A stretch of DNA of 59,847 nucleotides from Patescibacteria group bacterium (GCA_022561335.1 JADFRL010000001.1:1-59847), one strand, 5' to 3'; numbered from the stretch's first letter, positions 27,919 to 37,233 are shown. Numbers and translations are program-made. Notes: generated from the letters alone by a model not told the origin.

Positions 27919-29298
27919 ATGGATGAACAAGAGCAACAAAATGAAGCTCAAGAGGAACAGAATGTTCAGATGGAACCAGCTCCACTATCTCCACCCCCTT
28001 CACATACGAAGCTGATAGTCGGCATTGTATTTTTACTTATTGCAGGAATCGCTGGGGCATATTTATTGTTACAACCCAAATCAGAGCCAGTTGATGATAT
28101 TCAAGTGGAAGTATCAGACCAGAATAAACCACCAAAAGGGGAAGAAATTGCACCGACAGTAAATTTAGATATAAAAAATGTAGAAAACGAAATAGATCGA
28201 GTACTAGGACCCTTACTTACACGTTACTATCCTCCTGACGGTTCAACGATATATGTATTGAGATGGACGAATAAAGGAATTGATTTGTTTAACCTTACAA
28301 CTGGACAGGAAAAGATTATAGGTAAGTATGTTACAAAAGGGAGAGTCCCTATTTTTATTATTGAAAATAATGGGCTCTTCTCACCACCGTATATTGTTGT
28401 AAGAAATGAGGAGAACAATGGAATTTTTCGGTATGACATAAAGATGGAAGAGCTGGAGGAACTCATACCTCCTCCAGATGAAGATAAGGCCGAAAGATCT
28501 GTGTACAGTTTTTTAGACGATGACAATAAACTTCTGGTTTCAGAATATCTACCACTACTAGGCATGGAGCAGTCGCTTGATGTTTCTGATTATCTTATTA
28601 ACGTAGTCTCAGGTGTAGTAACAAAATATGAAAATGGGTTTTTCTCGGAAAGACCTCGATGTGGGTATGAGTACTATGACTCAAAACACCAACGTTTTTT
28701 CGATTTTCTTTGTGGTGAAGGAATAGGAAGTTTTGATTTTCCACTCATTGAAGTATCCACAATTGATGGAAGCGAATATATAGTATACGAAAGCTCTTTT
28801 GAGGATGGTGACTATATTGGTAAAAGAGATGGCCTGCTGTTTATTTTTGATTATGATAAGAGTTCTATAGTTATAGTAGACCCACGTAAACTTGAGTCAG
28901 AGATAACTATTTATGAAAATATTTACGATTTTGTTAAATTACCAAGGTGTGGCCAGAGACGTTGGTCTTCTGTACCACTGTTTCTACCTGAAGATAATAT
29001 AATGATTTTATCTGATTCCGATTCGATTTCTTTTCTTTCATTTGATAAAAATAATAGATTACAAAATCATAATTGCATTTTTATAGCCCCCGAAAAATAT
29101 AATATCAATGTAAGATCCTTGTTCTTGTATGACAATCATTTATATTTTCAAATAAGTTTGTCTACCCGAAGAGATGGACAGCGTGTGGGGTCCTATGGCG
29201 GTTATCGTTACCCAGCGGATCAGTGGAAAGAGTATATTACAATTCTTAATCTAGATACCTATAAAACAGTTGGCTCAATACTTATTCAAGAATATTAG
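27919..29298 (+). CDS. Hypothetical membrane-anchored protein (459 aa)
   Basis: Gln/Glu-rich N-terminus, one TM (LIVGIVFLLIAGIAGAYLLL), large Tyr/Asp/Phe-rich extracytoplasmic part. No recognisable domain. Confidence 0.5.
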   Translation: MDEQEQQNEAQEEQNVQMEPAPLSPPPSHTKLIVGIVFLLIAGIAGAYLLLQPKSEPVDDIQVEVSDQNKPPKGEEIAPTVNLDIKNVENEIDRVLGPLLTRYYPPDGSTIYVLRWTNKGIDLFNLTTGQEKIIGKYVTKGRVPIFIIENNGLFSPPYIVVRNEENNGIFRYDIKMEELEELIPPPDEDKAERSVYSFLDDDNKLLVSEYLPLLGMEQSLDVSDYLINVVSGVVTKYENGFFSERPRCGYEYYDSKHQRFFDFLCGEGIGSFDFPLIEVSTIDGSEYIVYESSFEDGDYIGKRDGLLFIFDYDKSSIVIVDPRKLESEITIYENIYDFVKLPRCGQRRWSSVPLFLPEDNIMILSDSDSISFLSFDKNNRLQNHNCIFIAPEKYNINVRSLFLYDNHLYFQISLSTRRDGQRVGSYGGYRYPADQWKEYITILNLDTYKTVGSILIQEY

Positions 29299-29489
29299 CT
29301 TTTTTTTGGAATCCAAAGGCTATTAATTTGGTAATTTAATATCTGGGAATCTAAGGTTAAATCTGTGAAGGAAAGTGGGATAGCTATTATTTATAATATG
29401 CTCGAAGAGCGTCGTTTTGATAAAATAAAATCATTGAAAATAACCTTACAGGACTTGACCGTCCACCGTTCTAGCTCGAGAAGGTCAGC

Positions 29490-29539
29490 ATCGTAATATG
29501 AAAAGCCTCAACGTTAATTGGGGTTTTTCATGTTACGAT
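29490..29539. repeat. 15-bp inverted repeat hairpin (ATCGTAATATGAAAA ... TTTTCATGTTACGAT, one G-U)
   Basis: Read directly. The loop is 20 nt. Confidence 0.7.
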
Positions 29540-29665
29540 AGTATGGTGGAGGGACTCGAACAAGCGGAGGTGCGCGCCTTGGAGGCGACAGAGCACCGAG
29601 CTGTGGCCAAGCGCACTTAGTTGAATTGGAGCGGAACGAACAATTATACTTAGTGACGGGTGACT

Positions 29666-29684
29666 CGAGTCCAAGTCCGGCAGC
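29666..29684 (+). repeat. Orphan copy of the tRNA-Gln 3' end (T-loop C to discriminator+1), not part of a foldable tRNA
   Basis: Exact 19-mer match to 24644-24662. The upstream sequence cannot form the T stem. Confidence 0.85.
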
Positions 29685-29739
29685 CAACTCGAGCTAGCAC
29701 GAGATCGTTACGCTCTTCGAGCGCACGAGAAATATATTT

Positions 29740-30174
29740 ATGAAAGGGAAAATTGATAAACAATTTATAGCAGTAAGAGCAGTCATCATTAAGAATGGTA
29801 AAATTCTCATTCTTAGAGAATCAAGTAATTACAAGGGTGGAACTAATCATGGTAAATACGATTTTCCAGGAGGTAAAGTTAAACTAGGTGAATCTATAAA
29901 AGATACAATAACTAGGGAAGTCAAAGAAGAAGCGGGTATAAAGGTTAAAATTGGAGAACCATTCCTTGTCAATGAGTGGTATCCTACCGTACACAACAAA
30001 AATCTTCAGATTATAGGAGTGTTCTTCTTTTGTAGCCCGCTGAGCACTGAAATAGTTTTAAGTGATGACCATGATGATTTCCAATGGATAAACCCGAAAG
30101 ATTATTTGAAATATAAACTCACTGATACCGTCCAGGAAGCCTTTACTAAAATCATTGGAAATAGAAAAAAATGA
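29740..30174 (+). CDS. NUDIX hydrolase
   Basis: Nudix box GGKVKLGESIKDTITREVKEEAGI. Ends with TGA. Confidence 0.85.
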   Translation: MKGKIDKQFIAVRAVIIKNGKILILRESSNYKGGTNHGKYDFPGGKVKLGESIKDTITREVKEEAGIKVKIGEPFLVNEWYPTVHNKNLQIIGVFFFCSPLSTEIVLSDDHDDFQWINPKDYLKYKLTDTVQEAFTKIIGNRKK

Positions 30175-30198
30175 ACGGCTCAACGCGTTGAGCCGTTC
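30173..30198. terminator. Perfect palindrome GAACGGCTCAACG/CGTTGAGCCGTTC between convergent genes
   Basis: Read directly. Confidence 0.6.
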
Positions 30199-30288
30199 AG
30201 ATTAAAGCTCTCATACGAAGAAAGAGGATATTTTTAATGGTGATGCTATAACGATTACACTTAAATTTTAGTCAAACATACCAGCCGT

Positions 30289-32001
30289 CTATTTTTTCCT
30301 CTTCTTTTTATGCGACCTCTTGTGTTTAACCGCCGCCTTAATAAACCCGGTAAAGAGCGGATGGGGATGTAAGGGGCGAGCCTTAAACTCGGGATGAAAT
30401 TGTGTACCCAAGAAAAAGGGGTGGATGTTTTGCGGAAGCTCGGCGATTTCCATCAATTTTCTATCGGGCGATACACCGGAAAATACCAAACCTCCTTTTT
30501 CAAATTTTTCAATGTAATTCAGATTTACCTCGTACCTATGGCGGTGCCGCTCGCTTATAACCTTTTCGTTGTACATACTACGGGCAAGAGTTCCACTCTT
30601 TAAATGCGCAGGATATGCTCCTAATCGCATAGTAGCACCGTACTTATTTTCTTCAACAAGCTTTTTTTGCTCGGGCATAATGTCTATAACCGGATTTTTG
30701 GTCTTCGGATTAATTTCAACGGTGTGAGCATCTTTTATATTAAGCACATTGCGTGCGTACTCAACAAGCGCTAATTGCATCCCATAGCATAGCCCCAAGT
30801 AAGGAACTTTGTTCTCGCGGGCAAAACGAATAACTTTAAGCTTCCCCTCAATACCCGTTTCACCGAAGCCGCCCGGAACGATAATACCGTCATACTTTTT
30901 AAGTGCTGAAATCTTTTTTCCCTGCCTGCCCTGACTGCCATCAGGAAAGCGGCGAGGCACGGCTCTCTCGAAATCTTTTGCATTAATCCAATAAATATTC
31001 GGATGAACTCCAAGTTTATAGCATGAAAATTTCACAGCTTCTATGACAGAAATATAGGCATCTGAGAGCATGAAGTCCCCTGTATCAAAATACTTTCCTA
31101 CTATGGCAATATCTACAGACTGTTTAATTTCTTTAAGCCTTTTTACAAACACACGCCACTTCTTCAGATCAGTTCCCCTCCGCGTTCTTTTAATCTTCAG
31201 AAGGTCAAGTAAAAGCTCACCGAGATGATCCTTTTCAAAATTTATCGGCACTTCATAGATGCTCTCAATATCAGGAGCTGAAATAACATGCTCGACTCTT
31301 ACATTGCACGAAATAGCAATTTTTTCCTTTCTTTTCTTATCAAGCGGTACCTCACTTCGCGCAATAATCATATCCGGCTGAATACCGTATGAATTAAGCT
31401 GACGCACGGCGTTCTGCGTGGGTCGTGTTTTCATTTCGCCAAGTTTAGCGGGAATGGGCAGGAAACTCACCATAATGAAAAGCACATCATCAGGATTCTT
31501 GACCTTAAGCACGCGAGCCGCCTCCATGAACATAACGTTTTGATAGTCACCAATAGTGCCTCCAATTTCAATGAGAGAAATATGTGAGCCGTTTAAATCA
31601 GCGGCACGAACTATGCGCCGCGTGATCTCGTCACGAATGTGCGGTATGGCTTCAACACATTTTCCTTTATAGCCGAGGTTCCGCTCCCTCTCAATAACAC
31701 GCTGATATACCATACCGCTTGTGATGTAATCTTCATCCTTAAGTTCATGGTCCATAAAGCGTTCGTAATTGCCCATATCCTGATCACACTCGAGACCTGA
31801 ATTTAAAACAAAAACCTCACCGTGCTCGGTGGGATTCATGGTGCCCGCGTCCACATTAAGATAGGGATCAATTTTGATAAGGTTTACGATAAAACCCTTT
31901 CCTTGCAGAATTTTTCCAATCGAAGAAGTAGCAACTCCTTTACCCACACCACTCATTACTCCCCCAACAATGAATATATATTTATGGCCTCTTTTCTTCA
32001 T
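30289..32001 (-). CDS. pyrG: CTP synthase
   Basis: KYIFIVGGVMSGVGKG N-terminus. GATase domain with GLCYGMQ and HRHRYEVN motifs. 570 aa. Confidence 0.95.
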   Translation of the reverse strand: MKKRGHKYIFIVGGVMSGVGKGVATSSIGKILQGKGFIVNLIKIDPYLNVDAGTMNPTEHGEVFVLNSGLECDQDMGNYERFMDHELKDEDYITSGMVYQRVIERERNLGYKGKCVEAIPHIRDEITRRIVRAADLNGSHISLIEIGGTIGDYQNVMFMEAARVLKVKNPDDVLFIMVSFLPIPAKLGEMKTRPTQNAVRQLNSYGIQPDMIIARSEVPLDKKRKEKIAISCNVRVEHVISAPDIESIYEVPINFEKDHLGELLLDLLKIKRTRRGTDLKKWRVFVKRLKEIKQSVDIAIVGKYFDTGDFMLSDAYISVIEAVKFSCYKLGVHPNIYWINAKDFERAVPRRFPDGSQGRQGKKISALKKYDGIIVPGGFGETGIEGKLKVIRFARENKVPYLGLCYGMQLALVEYARNVLNIKDAHTVEINPKTKNPVIDIMPEQKKLVEENKYGATMRLGAYPAHLKSGTLARSMYNEKVISERHRHRYEVNLNYIEKFEKGGLVFSGVSPDRKLMEIAELPQNIHPFFLGTQFHPEFKARPLHPHPLFTGFIKAAVKHKRSHKKKRKK

Positions 32002-32004
32002 GTG

Positions 32005-32946
32005 CTAGACTTTGAGATATTTTTTAACTGCAAGATAGCTCGATAAAGCCCCCAGAACAATTCCTGTCCCAAAGACGGCTATAAAAATTTCTGAAAAGTT
32101 ATTACTGTAATATATAAGCAGACTGGTACTTTCAATGGTCGAGAAAAAATTGAAAGGATAAAAGACAGGGCCAAACCACAGCGTCACTGGATAAAAGAGA
32201 GCAAGAGCCACTACGGCTGAAATAACGCCATACATTATCCCCGTTACAATGAAAGGTCCTTGTACATACCAATTACTCGCTCCGACAAGTTTCATTAATT
32301 TGATTTCTTCACGAGAATCGTAGATAGCAAGTCGAATAGTATTGAAGGTAATCAAAATTGAAACAATAATAAGAAGAATGGTTTTTAAGAGATTTGACTG
32401 CTCGGATGAACTTATAATCTCAGTAAGTTTATCTATAGCGGCTTTATTTTGAAAAAAGTTTACTTTTTCTATGATGGGTGTCTCTACTATAGAAAGGGCA
32501 TCATCACCTTCAAGAAAATTGGCAATACCTTCATATTGTGATGTCTCTTTCGCCTTGATGCTTAAACTTGCCCCCAGTGGATTTTCATCAAGCTCATCAA
32601 GCGCCTGAAGTGTCAGCTGATCATCTTCGTGACGCGCTCGAAAAATCACAAGCGCCTCTTCGCGTGATGTATACGTGACTTCTTTAACCTCCGGCAGTCC
32701 CTCAAGAACAGTTTTAAAGGCTAAAATATCGTCCTCGGGTGCCGTCGTCAGAAAATATACGTTCACATCCACTTTGTCTTTTAATTCATTGAGCGATTTT
32801 TCAAGCAAGGCTCCACTAAAGAGGAGAGAGCCAATAGCAAAAAGCGTAATCGTCATAACAAGCACAGCAGCAAGGGAGACAAAGCCATTTCTGAAGAAAC
32901 TGACAAATCCTGAACGTAAGATGCGTTTTGTATTGGTCCAGAACAT
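32005..32946 (-). CDS. ftsX: Cell division permease FtsX-like
   Basis: 313 aa with FtsX topology (TM, periplasmic domain, 3 TM). Downstream of ftsE. Confidence 0.8.
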   Translation of the reverse strand: MFWTNTKRILRSGFVSFFRNGFVSLAAVLVMTITLFAIGSLLFSGALLEKSLNELKDKVDVNVYFLTTAPEDDILAFKTVLEGLPEVKEVTYTSREEALVIFRARHEDDQLTLQALDELDENPLGASLSIKAKETSQYEGIANFLEGDDALSIVETPIIEKVNFFQNKAAIDKLTEIISSSEQSNLLKTILLIIVSILITFNTIRLAIYDSREEIKLMKLVGASNWYVQGPFIVTGIMYGVISAVVALALFYPVTLWFGPVFYPFNFFSTIESTSLLIYYSNNFSEIFIAVFGTGIVLGALSSYLAVKKYLKV

Positions 32947-33095
32947 GATAGAAAATATAAAATTTAAATCTTAAAAATAAAAAGCTGGGCAGAAATATTT
33001 ACAATAATAATTAAGATGAGAAACTATTTCCAGATTTTCTTTGTTGTATTAAGAATTTCTTTCATTTTGACTCCTGCATTTTGCATTTTACGTTT

Positions 33096-33776
33096 CTACA
33101 GAACGTATCTGCCGCGTTTATCGTCACGGATGACTCTACCCCTATCAAGAGTAACGACACGTTTACCTAGCGAATCAATGACTCCTTTGTTGTGTGTGGT
33201 TAAAATAACAGTCGTTCCAAGCTCATTGATTTTTTTTAAGATTTGCACAATATCGTACGTATTGATGGGATCAAGCATACCTGTTGGTTCATCCGCAATA
33301 ACGACATCGGGTTGATTTACAATGGCTCGCGCTATCGCAACACGCTGTTTCTCGCCACCAGACAATTCATGTGGAAAGTTCCACATCTTATCACCCAAAT
33401 CAACCAAATTAAGAACATGGGGCACATCAGATTCTATTTCCTCGTCGCTGCGACCTGCAACTTCCATTGCAAAAGCGATATTTTCAAACGCCGTTTTGCG
33501 CGGCAAAAGTCTAAAGTCCTGAAAAACAGTTCCTATTCTTCTTCTAAAGTTAGTGAGTTCAAACTTTGAAAGCTGATGAATATCAGTTGATTCAAAAAAA
33601 ACAGACCCGCTACTTGGCCTGTCCTCCACAAGAAGCATCCTCAGAAGGGTCGTCTTACCAGCTCCGGAATGTCCTACGATTGAAATAAATTCCTTAGGCT
33701 CAATTGACAAGCTGACATCATCAAGAGCTATGGAATCATCTTTATACACCTTCGATACCCTGTCGAAATAGATCAT
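33096..33776 (-). CDS. ftsE: Cell division ATP-binding protein FtsE
   Basis: [40 protein letters not shown]. Confidence 0.9.
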   Translation of the reverse strand: MIYFDRVSKVYKDDSIALDDVSLSIEPKEFISIVGHSGAGKTTLLRMLLVEDRPSSGSVFFESTDIHQLSKFELTNFRRRIGTVFQDFRLLPRKTAFENIAFAMEVAGRSDEEIESDVPHVLNLVDLGDKMWNFPHELSGGEKQRVAIARAIVNQPDVVIADEPTGMLDPINTYDIVQILKKINELGTTVILTTHNKGVIDSLGKRVVTLDRGRVIRDDKRGRYVL

Positions 33777-33797
33777 ACGGAATACAACTCTTTAATG

Positions 33798-34682
33798 TTA
33801 CTCCAATTTACGTTCTGCGTCTATGAAGGAATCCAGCTCTCCGTCATTTAAGACACTATTAACATCACGAATTTCAATGTTTGTACGATGATCCTTAACC
33901 ATTTTGTAAGGATGCAGCACATACGAACGAATTTGGCTACCCCACTCTATATCCGTGTGTGCTGAAACCGAAAGACCCCTGGCTTCACGCTTTCTATCCT
34001 CTTCTTTCTTTTTGTAGAGCTTGCCGTGCAGTATTGTAAGCGCTTTTTCTCTGTTTTGAACTTGACTGCGCTCCGAGTCAACGTGCACAGAAATACCGGA
34101 GGGAATGTGTGTCATACGTACTGCTGTCTCCCGCTTATTGACATTTTGACCTCCAGGCCCTGATGAGCGCGCGAAATGGATTTCAAGTTCATCATCGGGA
34201 ATGTTCAATTCCATCATTTCTTTAAACTTCGGCACAACTTCTACCAAGGAAAATGATGTATGCCGCTGCTTCTTAGCGTTGAAGGGAGAGAGACGAACGA
34301 GGCGATGTACACCGGATTCATTTTTGAGTGTGCCGTACGCTCTTTTCCCCTGAACTTCAAATGCAATATTCCGATACCCACCATGATCATTTGTGTGTTC
34401 ATGAAGTGCATACGAAGTCCACCCTTTTCTATCTATATATTTTTGATACATGTGATAGAGCATGCTTGTAAAATCTTCGGCGTCGTCACCACCCGCACCG
34501 GAAAGAATCGTTATAATAGCGTTTCCCTTATCGTATTTACTTCCTCCCTCTGCCTCTGTTTTAAGTCCTCGAAGTTCTCTAATAAGAGTTTGTGCTTTAT
34601 CCTTATCATTCCAAAAATCCTGCGCGATCATCAGCGTCTCAATTTCCCGTATACGGCTCTGTATTTTGCCTTTACCTTGCAT
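33798..34682 (-). CDS. prfB: Peptide chain release factor 2 (short form, no frameshift site)
   Basis: SPF tripeptide (RLSPFNAKK) and GGQ (SGPGGQNVNK). 294 aa. Confidence 0.85.
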   Translation of the reverse strand: MQGKGKIQSRIREIETLMIAQDFWNDKDKAQTLIRELRGLKTEAEGGSKYDKGNAIITILSGAGGDDAEDFTSMLYHMYQKYIDRKGWTSYALHEHTNDHGGYRNIAFEVQGKRAYGTLKNESGVHRLVRLSPFNAKKQRHTSFSLVEVVPKFKEMMELNIPDDELEIHFARSSGPGGQNVNKRETAVRMTHIPSGISVHVDSERSQVQNREKALTILHGKLYKKKEEDRKREARGLSVSAHTDIEWGSQIRSYVLHPYKMVKDHRTNIEIRDVNSVLNDGELDSFIDAERKLE

Positions 34683-34688
34683 CGATCA

Positions 34689-34697
34689 ATTATAACA
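34689..34697 (-). promoter_or_regulatory. Extended -10 promoter (TGTTATAAT) placed 6 nt upstream of the prfB ATG, implying a leaderless mRNA
   Basis: Minus strand reads ..TTTGTTATAATTGATCGATG. No SD is possible in the remaining space. Confidence 0.4.
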
Positions 34698-34765
34698 AAA
34701 AGAAAAGCCGCGAGGAGTAATAAGATCGGATCCACGCATTGCCTGCCCGCCAACGCCTGAGACTA

Positions 34766-34841
34766 TGGAGCCGAGAGGGGGATTCGAACCCCCGACCTAT
34801 CGCTTACGAAGCGATCGCTCTACCAACTGAGCTATCTCGGC
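34766..34841 (-). tRNA. tRNA-Thr (anticodon CGU), CCA encoded
   Basis: Cloverleaf folded by hand: GCCGAGA acceptor, anticodon arm AUCGC-UUCGUAA-GCGAU, T arm GGGGG-UUCGAAU-CCCCC. Confidence 0.9.
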
Positions 34842-34908
34842 AAAATTCAGGAAGGCGGGCTGAGCTCAGACGGCTCTAACGGGACAAGCTGATTTACGCT
34901 GGCACCTT

Positions 34909-34984
34909 TGGAGCCGAGACCGGGGATTGAACCCGGGACCTCATCCTTACCATGGATGCGCTCTACCAACTGAGCTATCTCGGC
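34909..34984 (-). tRNA. tRNA-Thr (anticodon GGU), CCA encoded
   Basis: GCCGAGA acceptor, anticodon arm CAUCC-AUGGUAA-GGAUG, T arm CCGGG-UUCAAUC-CCCGG. Confidence 0.9.
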
Positions 34985-35093
34985 AACGTAACTATAGTAT
35001 GGTATTTCAAACCCCTTTGCAAAAGATTATTGATAAAAATAAAAATTTACTATATAGTTTTTTAAACAGTCATAAAGACAAAATGAGGAGAAC

Positions 35094-35744
35094 ATGAAAA
35101 ACTTGCCACGACTCATTATCTTTGCATCCGGCACCAAAAACGGTGGCGGTTCAGGGTTTGGAGAACTTGTTCGAAACAGCAAAAAGGGAATGCTTAAAGC
35201 CAATATCATTGCAGTCGTTTCAGACCATACAAACGGCGGTGTACGTAGAATTGCTGACGAATACAACATACCGTTTGTCTGCTTTAAGGGTCCATGGACA
35301 GAAGATATGTATAAGAAAATCATCTTAGATAATAAAGCTGAGTGGATCGCACTGTCAGGATGGCTTAAGCTTGTGAAAGGGCTTGCCCCAAAGCAAACAG
35401 TCAACATCCACCCCGGACCACTGCCGCAGTTTGGCGGAGTCGGAATGTACGGCCGCTATGTACACGAAGCCGTAATGGAAGCATTCAGGAAAGGCAAGAT
35501 TACGGAGTCAGCAGTATCAATGCATTTTGTGACAGAAAAATATGACGAGGGACCCATTATTTTCAGAAAGCCGGTACCAATTGAAGAGATCGACACGCCA
35601 GAGACATTAGCCGCCCGTGTAAACAAAGTGGAGCATAAGTATCAAGCATTTGTAACAGATCTTGTGGTAAACAAACAAATAAAATGGGACGGCAAGGATC
35701 CGAAAACACTTGTGGTTCCAAAAGATTATCCTTTTCTCAACTAG
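35094..35744 (+). CDS. purN: Phosphoribosylglycinamide formyltransferase-like (formyl transferase family)
   Basis: RLIIFASG N-terminus, NIHPGPLP motif, GAGGAG SD. 216 aa. Confidence 0.75.
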   Translation: MKNLPRLIIFASGTKNGGGSGFGELVRNSKKGMLKANIIAVVSDHTNGGVRRIADEYNIPFVCFKGPWTEDMYKKIILDNKAEWIALSGWLKLVKGLAPKQTVNIHPGPLPQFGGVGMYGRYVHEAVMEAFRKGKITESAVSMHFVTEKYDEGPIIFRKPVPIEEIDTPETLAARVNKVEHKYQAFVTDLVVNKQIKWDGKDPKTLVVPKDYPFLN

Positions 35745-36002
35745 ATCGCGACCGTTCTATGTGAGTCTGGTGCTCTGATTGGAACGGGGATCAAAAACTC
35801 TTAATCTTCCCTATCTAAAACCAAATCAATAATTTGATCCTTAAGCTGACCCCTGGTCATCGCTAGATTTTAACACAAAACAATACCTATGGCGTTTGCA
35901 CAGCGGACCCAGAACACTCATTTCATAAGTGAACGGGCAAGCAGGACTCGGGGTCAAGTTTCTAAACTCGCTTTACTCGTCAAGACCCCCCCGGCCTCGC
36001 AG

Positions 36003-36755
36003 TCACAGAGCGACATCGCTCCGGCCTTTGAGTGTCGGCGCTCGTATCGAGCTTCCCTCAAGCGTAGGATGATTGAGCAATAGAGCTGCTCGATGACTTA
36101 CCCAGCCTTCAAAATCAATAAGCATAAGCTCAACTGAAGCGAGATTTGCACAAGATTCTATTCGCTTTAAATCACCAACAATTAATGCGACATTATTATA
36201 AGAACCAACCTTCCACGATGTACCTGTCATGTAGACACCTGCAATACTGTTTTTATTCCGATCCAAAAGAAGCAGAAAATATATCATCGGCTTATATTTT
36301 TCTGCACGATGCCACTCAATGTACGTGCCATCATAATGCATTACATTTTCAAGATCTATCGTCTCAGCTTTGACTGTAATATATGGTGAGGATATTTGAT
36401 TTAAAAAACTTCTTCCTTTATACGTCGCTAACACTTGCAGTGTCACCCCTTCCGCAACACTGGGTGAAAATGAATAAATAAGAGGGTTTTTGTATGGATG
36501 TAGATCAATCGGAGTTTTTTGTGCGTGTTCATTCTCTACCTTAGACGTTCCGATTGATTTGAGCCTATGGTATGCATGCTTATGGGAGGGAGTAAAAATA
36601 ATTTTGAGCGTACCGTCTGATTCATGCAGTCCACAGGCAATAACTTCATTGTTTGCATATATATTAATGAAGTATCGCGGCACGAAACCAAAAACACGCA
36701 CCATCCAGTCCATATTCCACACCAAAAACTTATAGAACGCCTTTCTCAGTTTCAT
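36003..36755 (-). CDS. Hypothetical protein (250 aa)
   Basis: Long ORF with no recognisable domain. The last ~27 codons run into a GC-rich stretch. Confidence 0.45.
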   Translation of the reverse strand: MKLRKAFYKFLVWNMDWMVRVFGFVPRYFINIYANNEVIACGLHESDGTLKIIFTPSHKHAYHRLKSIGTSKVENEHAQKTPIDLHPYKNPLIYSFSPSVAEGVTLQVLATYKGRSFLNQISSPYITVKAETIDLENVMHYDGTYIEWHRAEKYKPMIYFLLLLDRNKNSIAGVYMTGTSWKVGSYNNVALIVGDLKRIESCANLASVELMLIDFEGWVSHRAALLLNHPTLEGSSIRAPTLKGRSDVAL

Positions 36756-36773
36756 TTGGAGATCAAACAGAAT

Positions 36774-37133
36774 TCATGATAATTTATTTTTGATCAATGT
36801 AATCATTTCCGGTACTGACTTTACACCATCTATTTCAGTATGTGATATTAACAGCTCAACTGTTTCTTTTTTGAGCAAAAAGATTGCAGGCAATGCTGTG
36901 GTTTCATTAGGATATTTTTCCTTAAATTCATCACGGTGAAGAAATTGAACTGGTTGATCCAATGAATCGATAAATTGCTTCCACTCATTTTTCATAGTTC
37001 CAAACTTACCATAGGTCACCATGCAGAGATTGCATTGGTACTCGTCTGGTTTCAGAATCCGTCTAGCAAAATCACTGGCCGCAGCAAATAATGATGAGTC
37101 AGCGTTGTAGATAAATAAGAGTGTACTCTTCAT
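36774..37133 (-). CDS. Hypothetical thioredoxin-fold-like small protein
   Basis: LLFIYNADSSLF.., CNLC motif, ..PAIFLL. The ORF-track start is TTG, so the ATG at 37133 is preferred. Confidence 0.45.
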   Translation of the reverse strand: MKSTLLFIYNADSSLFAAASDFARRILKPDEYQCNLCMVTYGKFGTMKNEWKQFIDSLDQPVQFLHRDEFKEKYPNETTALPAIFLLKKETVELLISHTEIDGVKSVPEMITLIKNKLS

Positions 37134-37233
37134 ACATGCACAGTATAACAAAGTCTTTGATTTCAAAGTAGCAAATTTCTCAGCCTGCAAGAAACTAAAA
37201 ATAACCAGGAGATACCTGACTGCTTTCAGTTTT

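Larger units (their letters stand above)
24662..29684 (+). mobile_element. Candidate tRNA-Gln-anchored genomic islet bounded by direct copies of the tRNA 3' end. No recombinase gene inside
   Basis: The 19-20 nt core (T)CGAGTCCAAGTCCGGCAGC occurs at 24643-24662, 24982-25000 and 29665-29684. Confidence 0.4.

Noticed and set aside
29544-29620. Possible minus-strand tRNA suggested by TGGTGGAGGGACTCGAAC (reverse complement GTTCGAGTCCCTCCACCA)
   Set aside because: Only 6 nt lie between the T-loop-like heptamer and ACCA. No T-stem partner, D arm or anticodon arm could be folded.
33798-34765. Programmed +1 frameshift site (CUU UGA C) typical of prfB
   Set aside because: The ORF is continuous from its ATG, and the 83-nt upstream spacer cannot encode the usual ~25-codon first segment.
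35885-36085. GC-rich stretch at the 3' end of ORF 36003..36755, with a CGAGTCC heptamer and short hairpins, considered as another tRNA-end scar or ncRNA
   Set aside because: Only a 7-mer is shared with the att-like cores, which is expected by chance several times in the window. Part of it is inside a long ORF, and no tRNA-like fold exists.
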